Translations under genes and position numbers: made by a program
From: an uncultured Gammaproteobacteria bacterium
Lineage (GTDB): Bacteria; Patescibacteriota; Patescibacteriia; Veblenbacterales; UBA10138
Reading direction: 5' to 3'
Length of the DNA: 64,000 nt
Assembly (NCBI GenBank): GCA_964453605.1
Contig: CAYVOI010000001.1
Location: 740,095 to 804,094 of the forward strand
Shown here: positions 26,376-38,099 of the stretch, one piece after another
Position numbering within the stretch: position 1 is the first letter of the stretch
How the letters are laid out: every line of letters starts with the position of its first letter
The notes under the pieces: generated by a model
The model's input: the letters and a program-made list of their open reading frames with translations, nothing else
Database searches by the model: none
Told to the model about the DNA's origin: nothing

Positions 26376-27185
26376 TTACTGCTTCAGAGCTGCGTCAACT
26401 GCCGCTTTAAGGTCTGTGTAGGGCACAGCGCCTTCTACCGGTGTACCGTTCACAAAGGTGGTGGGCGTACCCTGCACGCCGTAGCCTGTGCCCTCTTGCT
26501 CCGAGGCCTGAACCTTAGCCGTAAACTCACCACTGTCGAGGCAGCTCTGGAACTTGCTCTGCGACACACCTACTTCTTTGGCCAGGGGCCCGAGTGCACT
26601 GAGCGCAAAGCCGGTGCCGTTCGAGGTGGTGCGTTCGTAGATTTTATCCACAAAGGCCCAAAACTTGTCGTTGCCGCCGAGCTTGCCCACGCACTCGGCC
26701 GCCTCGGCCTCTTTCTCTGCGTTCTGGTGGAAGGAGAGTGGGAAGTGGCGGTAGACCCAGGCCACCTTACCGGCTTCCTCCTGCATCAGCTGCTGCATGG
26801 CAGGGTGGAAACGCTTACAGAACGGGCACTCGAGGTCAGAGTACTCCACCAGCACGACGGCCGCATCCCTCGGCCCGCGCACGTAGTCATCGGCTTTCAG
26901 GGCAATGTTCACCTTGCTGGGGGCCGTAGGTGTGGGGTTAGGGACTTGAGCTGCAGGTGTAGTGCTCGTAGCTTGAGCTGTAGCGCCAGCAGTTGATGGG
27001 GCACGCTTCAAGCTGAGCGTACCGCCAGCCAGAACCACTACCACAAAACCAAACAAGCTCACCACCGCCACGCCCGTAACTAAGCCCATCACAAAGGTGA
27101 GCTTGGGAGAAGCACCAGCCCACATGCTGCTTACGCTGCTAGATCCCATGGGCATAAGCGGTTGGTTTTCGTGTGAATCGTACAT
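26376..27185 (-). CDS. DsbA-like thiol:disulfide oxidoreductase (CPFC active site), membrane-anchored
   Basis: YSDLECPFCKRFHP motif. N-terminal TM segment. Ala/Thr/Pro-rich linker. Confidence 0.75.
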   Translation of the reverse strand: MYDSHENQPLMPMGSSSVSSMWAGASPKLTFVMGLVTGVAVVSLFGFVVVVLAGGTLSLKRAPSTAGATAQATSTTPAAQVPNPTPTAPSKVNIALKADDYVRGPRDAAVVLVEYSDLECPFCKRFHPAMQQLMQEEAGKVAWVYRHFPLSFHQNAEKEAEAAECVGKLGGNDKFWAFVDKIYERTTSNGTGFALSALGPLAKEVGVSQSKFQSCLDSGEFTAKVQASEQEGTGYGVQGTPTTFVNGTPVEGAVPYTDLKAAVDAALKQ

Positions 27186-27253
27186 ACGTGGTGGTTAAAG
27201 GTAAAACGAAAGACGTGTGCGTCCTCAAGTATAGCACAAGCTGCTACACAGGG

Positions 27254-28204
27254 CTATGCAGCTCGTTGCCGGGTGAGGTAGGCGTAGGCCTGGAGCGCTG
27301 CCTTAGCACCCTCCCCGGCCGCCACCACAATCTGCTTTTCTGGCACCGTGGTGATGTCACCAGCGGCAAACACACCTGGGGCTGAGGTTTGGTTCAGGGT
27401 ATCAATAACCACTTCATGGGCCTGGTTCAACTCCACTACGCCTTGGAGGAAATCGGTGGCGGGTTCATAGCCGATTTCTTCAAAAATGCCCCCCACCGCC
27501 AGTTCTTCTACTTCACCGGTTTGGCGGTGCTTTACCCTGAGGCCTGTAACCTGGGTTCCACCCAAAATTTCAACCGCATCACGCTCGGTGAGCACGGTCA
27601 CGTTATCACTCCCCATAACAGCGTCTACCATCACCTGCTCACCAGTGAGTGCTGGGTTTATGGTTACAGCGTAAACCTTGGGACAAATTTTCTTAAGCTG
27701 GAGGGTGGCGTCGAGCGCCGAGTTACCACCGCCAACTACCGCCACCACCTTACCCTTGTAGAGTGGCGCGTCGCAGGTGGCACAGAAGGTGACCCCGCGG
27801 CCCATGAGTTTTTTTTCGCCCGGGATGTTGAGCATGCGCGGGTTCTTGCCGGCGGCGATGATAACTGCCCCGACGGTAAGCACCTGGCCGTCAGAAAGCT
27901 TAGCCAGCCAACCGTCCTGAAGCTGCTCCAGGTGCACCACCTCTTGACCTTCTACGACTTCGAGGTCAAAGGTAGCGTTGTCGTCGTCAAACCGCTTCAC
28001 GTGCTTGTAGAACTGCGCCGTGAGGTCAGGCCCAGTCACCATGGTAAAACCGAGGTAGTTCTCGATGTCAGCTGACCAGGCCGTTTGTCCGCCGATGACC
28101 TTAGCGACCAGCAGGGTGTCGAGCTTGCGGCGGGTGGCGTAGATGGCGGCTGTCATGCCGGCTGGTCCGCCACCGATGATGAGGAGGTCGTAGTGCGCTT
28201 TCAT
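27254..28204 (-). CDS. trxB: Thioredoxin-disulfide reductase
   Basis: FAD motif LLIIGGGPAG, redox-active CATCD, NADPH motif VVGGGNSA. The probable start is the ATG at 28204 (MKAHYDLL) rather than the ORF-track start at 28258. Confidence 0.85.
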   Translation of the reverse strand: MKAHYDLLIIGGGPAGMTAAIYATRRKLDTLLVAKVIGGQTAWSADIENYLGFTMVTGPDLTAQFYKHVKRFDDDNATFDLEVVEGQEVVHLEQLQDGWLAKLSDGQVLTVGAVIIAAGKNPRMLNIPGEKKLMGRGVTFCATCDAPLYKGKVVAVVGGGNSALDATLQLKKICPKVYAVTINPALTGEQVMVDAVMGSDNVTVLTERDAVEILGGTQVTGLRVKHRQTGEVEELAVGGIFEEIGYEPATDFLQGVVELNQAHEVVIDTLNQTSAPGVFAAGDITTVPEKQIVVAAGEGAKAALQAYAYLTRQRAA

Positions 28205-28209
28205 ACACG

Positions 28210-28977
28210 TTACCGACCAAATTTTTCCCTGAGCGCGGCCGCGATAATCTTGTCCCACAAGTCAAGCGGCACCACGCCGGCTATACGATGGCCGTTCACG
28301 TAGAACGTGGGCGTACCTTGGGCGCCAGCTGCCACCGCTGCTTGAGCGTCAGCTTGGATAGTGTTCAAAGTTAGGTGATTTTGGCGACAGCGGTTGAACT
28401 CGACCAGGTCTAGTGCGAGTGAGGTGGCAAGCGACGTGTAGATACTCTCACCCAAAGCGTCTTGGTTTTGGTAGAGCTGGTCGTGGTACGGCCAGAACTT
28501 GCCCTGCACAGCAGCGCAAGCCGCTGCCTCGGCGGCATTGGTCGCTTCGGGGTGCAGACTTGAATCGAGTAGGTTCAAGGGTAAGTTGCGGTACATGAGC
28601 CGGACAGCTTCGGGGTACTTGGCCAGCACCTGCTTTAAAATAGGTTCCGCTGCGCGGCAGAACGGACACTGAAAATCGCCAAACTCAACTATAGTCACTG
28701 GCGCGGTCACCGGCCCTAGGGTAGGGCTAGAGGGTGTAATAACGTCGTAGGTGGTGTTGGCAGGGGTATTCGTGCTGCCAGAAAACTTAGTGAGCTGGTT
28801 AGTACCAGTGGTCACCTGACCCTGCTTCATAAAGGGCTGCAGCACGAGCGGCAAACCAAACCAGACTGCCAAGAACACCACCACAACCCAAAGCCACGCT
28901 CGCTTCCACCAGGGACGACCTGAGAGCTTAGGCAGCACGAGGTTGGGTGTTGAGTTCAGTTCAGGCTGCATGTCCAT
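28210..28977 (-). CDS. DsbA-like thiol:disulfide oxidoreductase (CPFC active site), membrane-anchored
   Basis: FGDFQCPFCRAAEP motif. N-terminal TM segment WLWVVVVFLAVWFGLPLVL. Confidence 0.75.
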   Translation of the reverse strand: MDMQPELNSTPNLVLPKLSGRPWWKRAWLWVVVVFLAVWFGLPLVLQPFMKQGQVTTGTNQLTKFSGSTNTPANTTYDVITPSSPTLGPVTAPVTIVEFGDFQCPFCRAAEPILKQVLAKYPEAVRLMYRNLPLNLLDSSLHPEATNAAEAAACAAVQGKFWPYHDQLYQNQDALGESIYTSLATSLALDLVEFNRCRQNHLTLNTIQADAQAAVAAGAQGTPTFYVNGHRIAGVVPLDLWDKIIAAALREKFGR

Positions 28978-28994
28978 AGCACTGTACCTAAAGC

Positions 28995-30431
28995 TTACAC
29001 CTTTGGCTGCCTCGCGTGCCAGGGAGTTACTTGCTCATAGGCGTAAGCCAGCCTTAGCATGGTGCTCTCGGCAAAGGGGGCGGCTATGAGCTGCAACCCG
29101 ACCGGCAAATTCTCGCTGAAGCCGCAAGGCAGAGAGAGCGCCGGCAGGCCGGCAATGTTGGCTGGCACGGTGTAGACATCCTGCAGGTACAACGCGAGTG
29201 GGTCGTTGGCCTTGCTACCTAAGGGAAAGGCCACGGTTGGTGCTGTAGGTGTGGCAAGTGCATCCACTGTTTTAAACACTTCGGCAAACTCTTGTTTGAT
29301 GCGCGCACGGGCGGCTTGGGCCGTGCGATAGTAGGCATCGTAGTAGCCGCTGCTGAGCACGTACGTACCAAGCATAATACGGCGCTTGGCCTCGGCACCA
29401 AAGTAGCGCCCTCTGGTTTTGGCGTAGCGCTCGTAGAGTGTAGCGGCCTCGGCCACCGCACCGTAGCGCACCGAGTCGTAGCGCGCTAAGTTAGCGCTAA
29501 CCTCTGACGGGCAAATAACATAGTACGCCGCCAGCGCGTAAGCCATGCTCGGCAGTGAAACTTCCCTGGGCTTCGCACCCAGTTCCTCAAGCTTAGCAAT
29601 AGCCTCTTCAACTACCTGCTTAACACCGAGGTCTAACCCTTCGGCAAAAAACTCTTTCGGCACGCCAACGCGCAAACCTTTGATTGGCTTTGGTAGCTCA
29701 GCCACGTAGTTAGGCACAGTTGTGTGCACACTCGTGGCGTCATGTGGATCATGCCCTGCCATAGCTTGCAGCACGTAGGCGGCGTCTTCCACCGTTCGCG
29801 CGAACGGCCCGGGGCAGTCAAAGGACGATGTCATCGCTATGAGCCCATAACGTGAGGCGCGGCCATAGGTAGGCTTCACGCCAACCACGCCGCAAAAACT
29901 GGCTGGCTGGCGCACGGAGCCGCCGGTGTCAGTACCTAAAGCCACCAAACACTCCTGAGCTGCCACTGCGGCGGCCGAACCAGAAGATGAACCCCCGGGC
30001 ACACGCGAGGTGTCCCAGGGGTTTTTAGTCGGGCCAAAGGCCGAGTTCTCACCCGAGGTGCCCATGGCAAACTCGTCGCAGTTGGTTTTACCAACCACAA
30101 TCGCCCCAGCCTGGGTTAAACGCTCAACCACCGTAGCTCCGTACGGCGGTACGTAACCCTGTAAAATTTTTGAACCGGCCGTGGCCTGAACACCTTGGGT
30201 TACCAAAACATCCTTAACAGCCAGTGGTACCCCAGCCAAAGGTCCGAGCCCTTCCCCACGCCTTATTTTTTCGTCCAATGCTTCAGCTTGAACTAACGCT
30301 TGATCAAGCGTTGGCGCGATGAAGCTGTTGAGCTTACTGTGCTTGATATTTTTCGCGTGCTCACGGACTACATCGGCCGCTGACATGTCACCGGCCTTAA
30401 CCTTAGTTACTAGTTCGCGTATCCCGAGCAT
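28995..30431 (-). CDS. gatA: Glutamyl-tRNA(Gln)/Asp-tRNA(Asn) amidotransferase subunit A
   Basis: Amidase signature GGSSGGSAAAVAA. 478 aa. Confidence 0.9.
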   Translation of the reverse strand: MLGIRELVTKVKAGDMSAADVVREHAKNIKHSKLNSFIAPTLDQALVQAEALDEKIRRGEGLGPLAGVPLAVKDVLVTQGVQATAGSKILQGYVPPYGATVVERLTQAGAIVVGKTNCDEFAMGTSGENSAFGPTKNPWDTSRVPGGSSSGSAAAVAAQECLVALGTDTGGSVRQPASFCGVVGVKPTYGRASRYGLIAMTSSFDCPGPFARTVEDAAYVLQAMAGHDPHDATSVHTTVPNYVAELPKPIKGLRVGVPKEFFAEGLDLGVKQVVEEAIAKLEELGAKPREVSLPSMAYALAAYYVICPSEVSANLARYDSVRYGAVAEAATLYERYAKTRGRYFGAEAKRRIMLGTYVLSSGYYDAYYRTAQAARARIKQEFAEVFKTVDALATPTAPTVAFPLGSKANDPLALYLQDVYTVPANIAGLPALSLPCGFSENLPVGLQLIAAPFAESTMLRLAYAYEQVTPWHARQPKV

Positions 30432-30433
30432 GA

Positions 30434-30733
30434 CTACTCCCTATCACTAAACACGGCCGGCACCTCCACTAGGTTATCGTGGTGCTGGGGCGCCTGCTCA
30501 ACCAAACGCTGCGTTTCCGGCCATGGCGATACTGCATCAGGCCGCAGCGCAACTCCCTCACCCGTGGTCTGCTGCGCCGTACCTGGCGTAAGCTCTTGCA
30601 GATTACTTACGTAACCCAACACATCGCCGAGCTGTTTAGCATAACGCTCGACTTCAGCCTTCGTCAGCTCCAGCCGCGCCAGCTTAGCCAGGTGTTCTAC
30701 TTCGGTTGTGGAGAGCCTAGCGCCCTTAGGCAT
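30434..30733 (-). CDS. gatC: Glu-tRNA(Gln) amidotransferase subunit C
   Basis: Small protein immediately upstream of gatA, with a GatC-like N-terminus (LSTTEVEHLAKLARLELT). Confidence 0.75.
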   Translation of the reverse strand: MPKGARLSTTEVEHLAKLARLELTKAEVERYAKQLGDVLGYVSNLQELTPGTAQQTTGEGVALRPDAVSPWPETQRLVEQAPQHHDNLVEVPAVFSDRE

Positions 30734-30910
30734 ATACCCCTACAGTATACCTGGCCAGCTAGACCCTTGACAAAAGACCTCGGGTGCGCTAGTATAAGAT
30801 GTTCTTTAACACAAGTTGTTAGCTCTCTCCTGCCCACTGTAGCCAGCGTGCAGCAGAGAGCTACTAAATAACCCATATCAACCCCAAAACCAACAAGAAG
30901 GAGCGGCCCC

Positions 30911-31396
30911 ATGACGGTAAAAACCGTATCCCGGAACTTCACCACTGTTGTCGAACTCGACAATGTCCGGCTCAGAGTGCCGGACAGCTTCAAAAGCGAA
31001 TGTAAGGTGCCTGCGACCAACATAACGGTCGATGCCCAGGTTGTACCCGACACGAGGCACTACTACAGCGGCGTGCCGCTGGCCGGTGGTGTCTACTTGA
31101 ATAGGCACTACTACTTCCCGACGGTGGTGGTGCCACTGGGGAAGTCAGTCGTAGCCCGCGTGCGGGTAGAAACCGAGACCTTCCCCGACGGCCGGGAGTT
31201 CACCATGATGAGAATTTTCGTCTACGCCGAACCGCGGCGAGCAGAGTATGAGCTCAAGCTGCGACAAGGCGGCGACGTATGCAACCTTCACAACCAAGTT
31301 CAAGGAGGCATCCCTATCAAGGGGACGCAAGCAAAAATTGTGTTCGAAAAAATCGAACACAAAACAGCCGAAGCTGCCCAGGTGGTTGCCGCCTGA
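30911..31396 (+). CDS. Hypothetical protein (161 aa)
   Basis: SD AAGGAG 7 nt upstream. Terminator downstream. Confidence 0.55.
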   Translation: MTVKTVSRNFTTVVELDNVRLRVPDSFKSECKVPATNITVDAQVVPDTRHYYSGVPLAGGVYLNRHYYFPTVVVPLGKSVVARVRVETETFPDGREFTMMRIFVYAEPRRAEYELKLRQGGDVCNLHNQVQGGIPIKGTQAKIVFEKIEHKTAEAAQVVAA

Positions 31397-31411
31397 ACCG
31401 TCGAACCAGAA

Positions 31412-31448
31412 AAGGGTGAGTATATTCTCTCGCCCTTTTTATTTTGGC
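31412..31448 (+). terminator. Rho-independent terminator
   Basis: agggtgag-tatattc-tctcgccct hairpin followed by TTTTTATTTT. Confidence 0.5.
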
Positions 31449-31455
31449 AAAAAAT

Positions 31456-31553
31456 TTATACCCCTACTAGGCGCTGAAACTCTGTTTCACTCATTACCTT
31501 AATCCCCAACTTTTTTGCTTTATCCAATTTACTCCCTGGGTTTTCACCCACCT
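31456..31553 (-). pseudogene. Diverged duplicate of the last ~31 codons of ligA (BRCT C-terminus), ...[31 protein letters not shown]
   Basis: Manual translation. The true ligA ends [30 protein letters not shown]. The 27-bp core is identical. The fragment is AT-richer at its 3' end. Confidence 0.55.
31523..31549. repeat. 27-bp perfect direct repeat tccaatttactccctgggttttcaccc, copy A
   Basis: Identical to 32397..32423, which lies inside the ligA 3' coding end. Confidence 0.85.
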
Positions 31554-31576
31554 GCCAGCTAAAAAAGTGTAAAGAG

Positions 31577-32308
31577 CTAGCTTAGCTGAGCGTACGCTAG
31601 CACACCAAAATGGTCAGACGGGTACGGTCTATGGCGCTGTCCTGGCACCACCCCATACCGATTGATACGCCAATCGCGAGTGAAAAAAATGGCATCGTAA
31701 CAAAACAAAGGTACGCCCAACCAATGCGTGGTGGGTTGTGGGTTAGGAACTGTCTGAAAGCCCGCCCGATAGAGCGTTCGCCACACCCGACTCCGCGGCC
31801 CAGAGTTAAAATCACCAGCTACTACCTTAGGCCCAGCCCCGGCTGCGTGCACCTGGGCTAGCAGCACGGCCAGCGCCTTACGCTTACCCGACAAGTTAAA
31901 AGCCAACGGCAGGTGAGTATTGTAAACCGTAAATGGCCTGGGATCTGAAAGGTACTTAAACCTTCCCCAGGTGCATATTCTTGGGTAGAGATCGTACCCA
32001 CGGCTGGGCTTAGCTGGGGTTGAGCTCAACCAAAAGCTACCCTGCTCAAGCAAAGTGACGGCGCTAGTGTTATAGAAAACAGCACAGTATTCGCCAGTGG
32101 TCTTACCATCGTCTCTGCCTACACCAATAAAGCTGTAGTTCAACAGATGCGCTTGTAAAAACTCGAGCTGTGGGGTCTTCGCTTCCTGCACACAAAAGAG
32201 ATCAGGCTGGGTTTGTAGTAAAATAGGTAGGCACAGCTCCCGTCTCTTGTGCCAAGACTTTTGGCTGAGGCTGACATCAACCTTGAGGTTCCAACTGATA
32301 AATCGCAT
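31577..32308 (-). CDS. Endonuclease/exonuclease/phosphatase (EEP) family protein
   Basis: SWNL...CVQE...GDFN...SDH motifs. GC ~50%. Bracketed by the 27-bp direct repeats. Confidence 0.7.
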   Translation of the reverse strand: MRFISWNLKVDVSLSQKSWHKRRELCLPILLQTQPDLFCVQEAKTPQLEFLQAHLLNYSFIGVGRDDGKTTGEYCAVFYNTSAVTLLEQGSFWLSSTPAKPSRGYDLYPRICTWGRFKYLSDPRPFTVYNTHLPLAFNLSGKRKALAVLLAQVHAAGAGPKVVAGDFNSGPRSRVWRTLYRAGFQTVPNPQPTTHWLGVPLFCYDAIFFTRDWRINRYGVVPGQRHRPYPSDHFGVLAYAQLS

Positions 32309-32332
32309 AATGCACCCGGCGAGCGCCTAAGG

Positions 32333-35169
<2,837 letters not shown>

Positions 35170-35172
35170 AGG

Positions 35173-35865
35173 TTAGCGCACGTAGGCGCGCGAGGTTACC
35201 GTGGTCTGTAGGTAGCTCGAGACGCGGTTATCGACCTTAGCGTCGATAGTGCTGACGGAAAGCGCGATGGTGACCTGCGGCTGCACATCAGGGGTACAGC
35301 TCGGTGGCGTGAGGCCTCCACCGCAGACCGTGCCATTGCTGGAGAAGGGATCACCGAGCGGTGTGGGGTAAAAGTTTAAGGCCTCCACGGAGAGCGTGGG
35401 CGAGGTTATAACCTCAAACGGGCCACCGTCACGGCTTACCTGCACACAGCCAATGTCAGTGACCCCGTCCGCGGAGGGGCACTGCGCCTGCCCCCGCTGG
35501 AGCCGAAAGCTAACCGAGGTGTGCTCGGCTGTCAACAGCTTGAGCTCGTTCGATTGGTCAATCCGGGCTGGCACGGTACTGCCGAGGTACGAGCTGTAGT
35601 CTACCGTATCAGCGCGCACTTCGCGTGCCAGCACGTCCATGAGGTAGCGCGCGTTGGTAGAGGCAGTCTGGCTGGAGCGGAGCCGACTTTGGGCGCGCTG
35701 CACGTTCACAAAAATTTCGGCAATAATTACGCTGGCCAGCATGAAGATGAACATGGCCACCACAATTTCCATCAGGGTGAACCCCGCACCACTTTTTCCG
35801 GAAAAAAAGTGGTGCGGGGCAAATCCCCTTAAGCGCGGTGAAGACGTTGGTAACGTGTGTGCCAT
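35173..35865 (-). CDS. Prepilin-type N-terminal cleavage/methylation domain protein (minor pilin or pseudopilin)
   Basis: GFTLMEIVVAMFIF class III signal motif (G/FTLxE). Confidence 0.65.
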   Translation of the reverse strand: MAHTLPTSSPRLRGFAPHHFFSGKSGAGFTLMEIVVAMFIFMLASVIIAEIFVNVQRAQSRLRSSQTASTNARYLMDVLAREVRADTVDYSSYLGSTVPARIDQSNELKLLTAEHTSVSFRLQRGQAQCPSADGVTDIGCVQVSRDGGPFEVITSPTLSVEALNFYPTPLGDPFSSNGTVCGGGLTPPSCTPDVQPQVTIALSVSTIDAKVDNRVSSYLQTTVTSRAYVR

Positions 35866-35866
35866 A

Positions 35867-36586
35867 CTACCTCCAGTTGTATATGTACTCCACCAGGCTT
35901 AAGCTACGCCTGAGTACGCCCCCAAAAAGCCCAGCGGCTGGCCAGGCCACCTGCGACTCCACCCGGTAGCCAACTTTAGTGCCGCCAGCTGGCGGGCAGT
36001 CTCCGTTCGGCCGGTCGTAGTAGGTGGTGGTCGTGGAACCGTTCTGGCACACCGGGTCCAGCATCAGCGCCCGGTAGTACCCGGTGGGCTGGTACGAGCT
36101 GGGGAGGGTGAGGGTAGGGTCTTGGCGCCAGAGGTAGAACTGGCTAGCGCTGCCCCGGAAGAGCTGCAGCGCGGGCTGGCTAAAGTTGGCGCGGCTGGTG
36201 TCAAAGGGCACAAACTGTAACGTCCAGCTCCCTGGCGTAGTGGTGCTAGGGTCGTCGGACGGCGGGGCGAACAGGAGAGCGGCGCCGCAGTACGTACTCC
36301 GGCAATCATTCTGCCCCGGGGTGAGGCCGGTGTCCCAAGTGCGGGTAGGGTCGCTGTGGGAGGCAGCCAACCAGTTACTATCGCGTATGCCCCGCACCAC
36401 CTCTATGCCCTCGCGCGCCAGCTGCAGCGCCACCACGCGCTGGTTTGAGGCGGCGGTGGCGCTCACGTTCTGTAGCGTCAGGGTGAGAATAGCCCCTAAG
36501 CCCAATAGTATCATGCCTATGGCCATGGTTGCCTCGAGCAAACCTTGGCCGTGGGGTGGGTGGTCGAGGTAGTACCTTAGTACCAT
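35867..36586 (-). CDS. Minor pilin-like protein (PilW/PilX-like)
   Basis: GQGLLEATMAIGMILLGL prepilin-like N-terminus. The start is probably the internal ATG at 36586, which avoids a 92-nt overlap with the upstream gene. Confidence 0.5.
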   Translation of the reverse strand: MVLRYYLDHPPHGQGLLEATMAIGMILLGLGAILTLTLQNVSATAASNQRVVALQLAREGIEVVRGIRDSNWLAASHSDPTRTWDTGLTPGQNDCRSTYCGAALLFAPPSDDPSTTTPGSWTLQFVPFDTSRANFSQPALQLFRGSASQFYLWRQDPTLTLPSSYQPTGYYRALMLDPVCQNGSTTTTYYDRPNGDCPPAGGTKVGYRVESQVAWPAAGLFGGVLRRSLSLVEYIYNWR

Positions 36587-36590
36587 AGGG

Positions 36591-37229
36591 CTACTGGATA
36601 AATACCTGACCAGTGGCAGCGTTGAGGTGCACACTGAGCGTTGTGCCGCCACCCTTGGGGTGCTGAATGGTGATAACAGCATTGCTAGCGCTGTTGTTCA
36701 CCGTCACGGTTTCCACAAATGGGTCAAACACAATATCGAGCGGGTCCCCAGGCTGCAGGTTGGAGAACTTGACGTTGGGTGAAACCTGCACCGCGCGCAC
36801 AAAAATAAAGTTCTGATCAGCCTCTGAGTAGGTGTAGGTTTTAGGTGCCGCTGTTTCACAATCAGCAAACTCGATAATGGTGTTGGGCGAGGTCAGGTGT
36901 AGGCCGTAGCCCGAGGGTGGTGGGCCAGCCGTGGAGAGCAGGTGCCCGGGGTTGGCGGGGTCGGGGCAGGGTGACGGAGTAACTGTGCCAGAGCTGGCAG
37001 CTGTCTGTGCTTCGCGTAACGCAGCTTGCACAATACCGGCCGCACCGTTGAGCTCATCACGGTACTGGCCGCTACGAAAGTTCACAATGACGAGGCTGGT
37101 GATGATGACAAAAATACCCATCGAAACCAGGAGCTCCACCAAGGTGAAACCACGCAGCACTCGAGCACTCGAGCACTCGAGCACTCGGCCAGAGGAGTAC
37201 CAACACATGCTATTGGCAGGAGCTTGCAT
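36591..37229 (-). CDS. Prepilin-type pilin-like protein with an octanucleotide repeat in its leader-peptide coding region
   Basis: LRGFTLVELLVSMGIFVII class III signal peptide. Four copies of CGAGTGCT lie upstream of the cleavage site. Confidence 0.65.
   Translation of the reverse strand: MQAPANSMCWYSSGRVLECSSARVLRGFTLVELLVSMGIFVIITSLVIVNFRSGQYRDELNGAAGIVQAALREAQTAASSGTVTPSPCPDPANPGHLLSTAGPPPSGYGLHLTSPNTIIEFADCETAAPKTYTYSEADQNFIFVRAVQVSPNVKFSNLQPGDPLDIVFDPFVETVTVNNSASNAVITIQHPKGGGTTLSVHLNAATGQVFIQ
37156..37187. repeat. Perfect tandem repeat (AGCACTCG)x4
   Basis: Read directly. The unit length of 8 is not a multiple of 3, and the repeat lies inside a CDS. Confidence 0.9.
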
Positions 37230-37270
37230 GGTTTAGTGACCTAGTGTTCTAGAGACGAAGTGATTGTATT

Positions 37271-38056
37271 CTACCACAAAAACGAACTGTACCACTGCCA
37301 AAGGGAATCGCCCCAGAGCAGCACCAGGAGCGTAGCTGCAGTAAGGAACGTGCCTAGAGGTAGCTGACTACCCCACGTTTTTTTACCTGTAGCGAGGAGG
37401 GCCAAACCTACCAGGGCGCCGCTCACGTAGGCAAGCAAGAACACCAGCAGCAAACTAGGAAAACTCCCAACTATAACGGCGACGAGCGCGCCAAGGCGTA
37501 TGTCGCCGTCCCCTACCCATCGGCCCCTGGACACCGCGTACTGTAACCAAAACCAGCTAGCACCCACTAAACCTAAGACTACCAAGAGGTGCCAGTCTTT
37601 CCCTGCCAGCACGTTGAGCATAAACGCGACTACCAACCCGGGTAGCGTCACTTCATCGGGCAAAATGTACCAGCGTGCATCAAACACAAACAGGGTTAAG
37701 AGCAGGCTCGCAAACACACCGAAGGTTAAAAACGGCAGCACGTTTGCAAACGTAAACACGGAGGTAAGCTGCGGCGGGAACCACAGGTACCCCGCGAGCC
37801 ACAAGAGTCCGCTCGTAAGCTCCACCAACGGGTACTGCCAGGAGATGGGCTGGCGGCAGGTGCGGCAGCGGGCCCGGAGGAGTACGAAGGACAGTAGCGG
37901 CAGGTTGTCGTACCAGGTGAGCTGTTTCCGGCACTTAGGACAGTAGGAGCGAGCAGTTAAGAACGGCTCACCGTTCGCCAAGCGGAGTATGACTACGTTG
38001 AGGAAGCTGCCCAGGCAGAGACCAAAGAGAAAAACTAAACTGAGTATGACTATCAT
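37271..38056 (-). CDS. pilD: Prepilin peptidase (A24 family)
   Basis: N-terminal CxxC...CxxC zinc motif (CPKCRK...CRTCRQ) and a polytopic A24 domain. Confidence 0.85.
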   Translation of the reverse strand: MIVILSLVFLFGLCLGSFLNVVILRLANGEPFLTARSYCPKCRKQLTWYDNLPLLSFVLLRARCRTCRQPISWQYPLVELTSGLLWLAGYLWFPPQLTSVFTFANVLPFLTFGVFASLLLTLFVFDARWYILPDEVTLPGLVVAFMLNVLAGKDWHLLVVLGLVGASWFWLQYAVSRGRWVGDGDIRLGALVAVIVGSFPSLLLVFLLAYVSGALVGLALLATGKKTWGSQLPLGTFLTAATLLVLLWGDSLWQWYSSFLW

Positions 38057-38099
38057 GCTACCGTTAGTCTAACATAAACCGGAGTTTAGACATCGGCCC

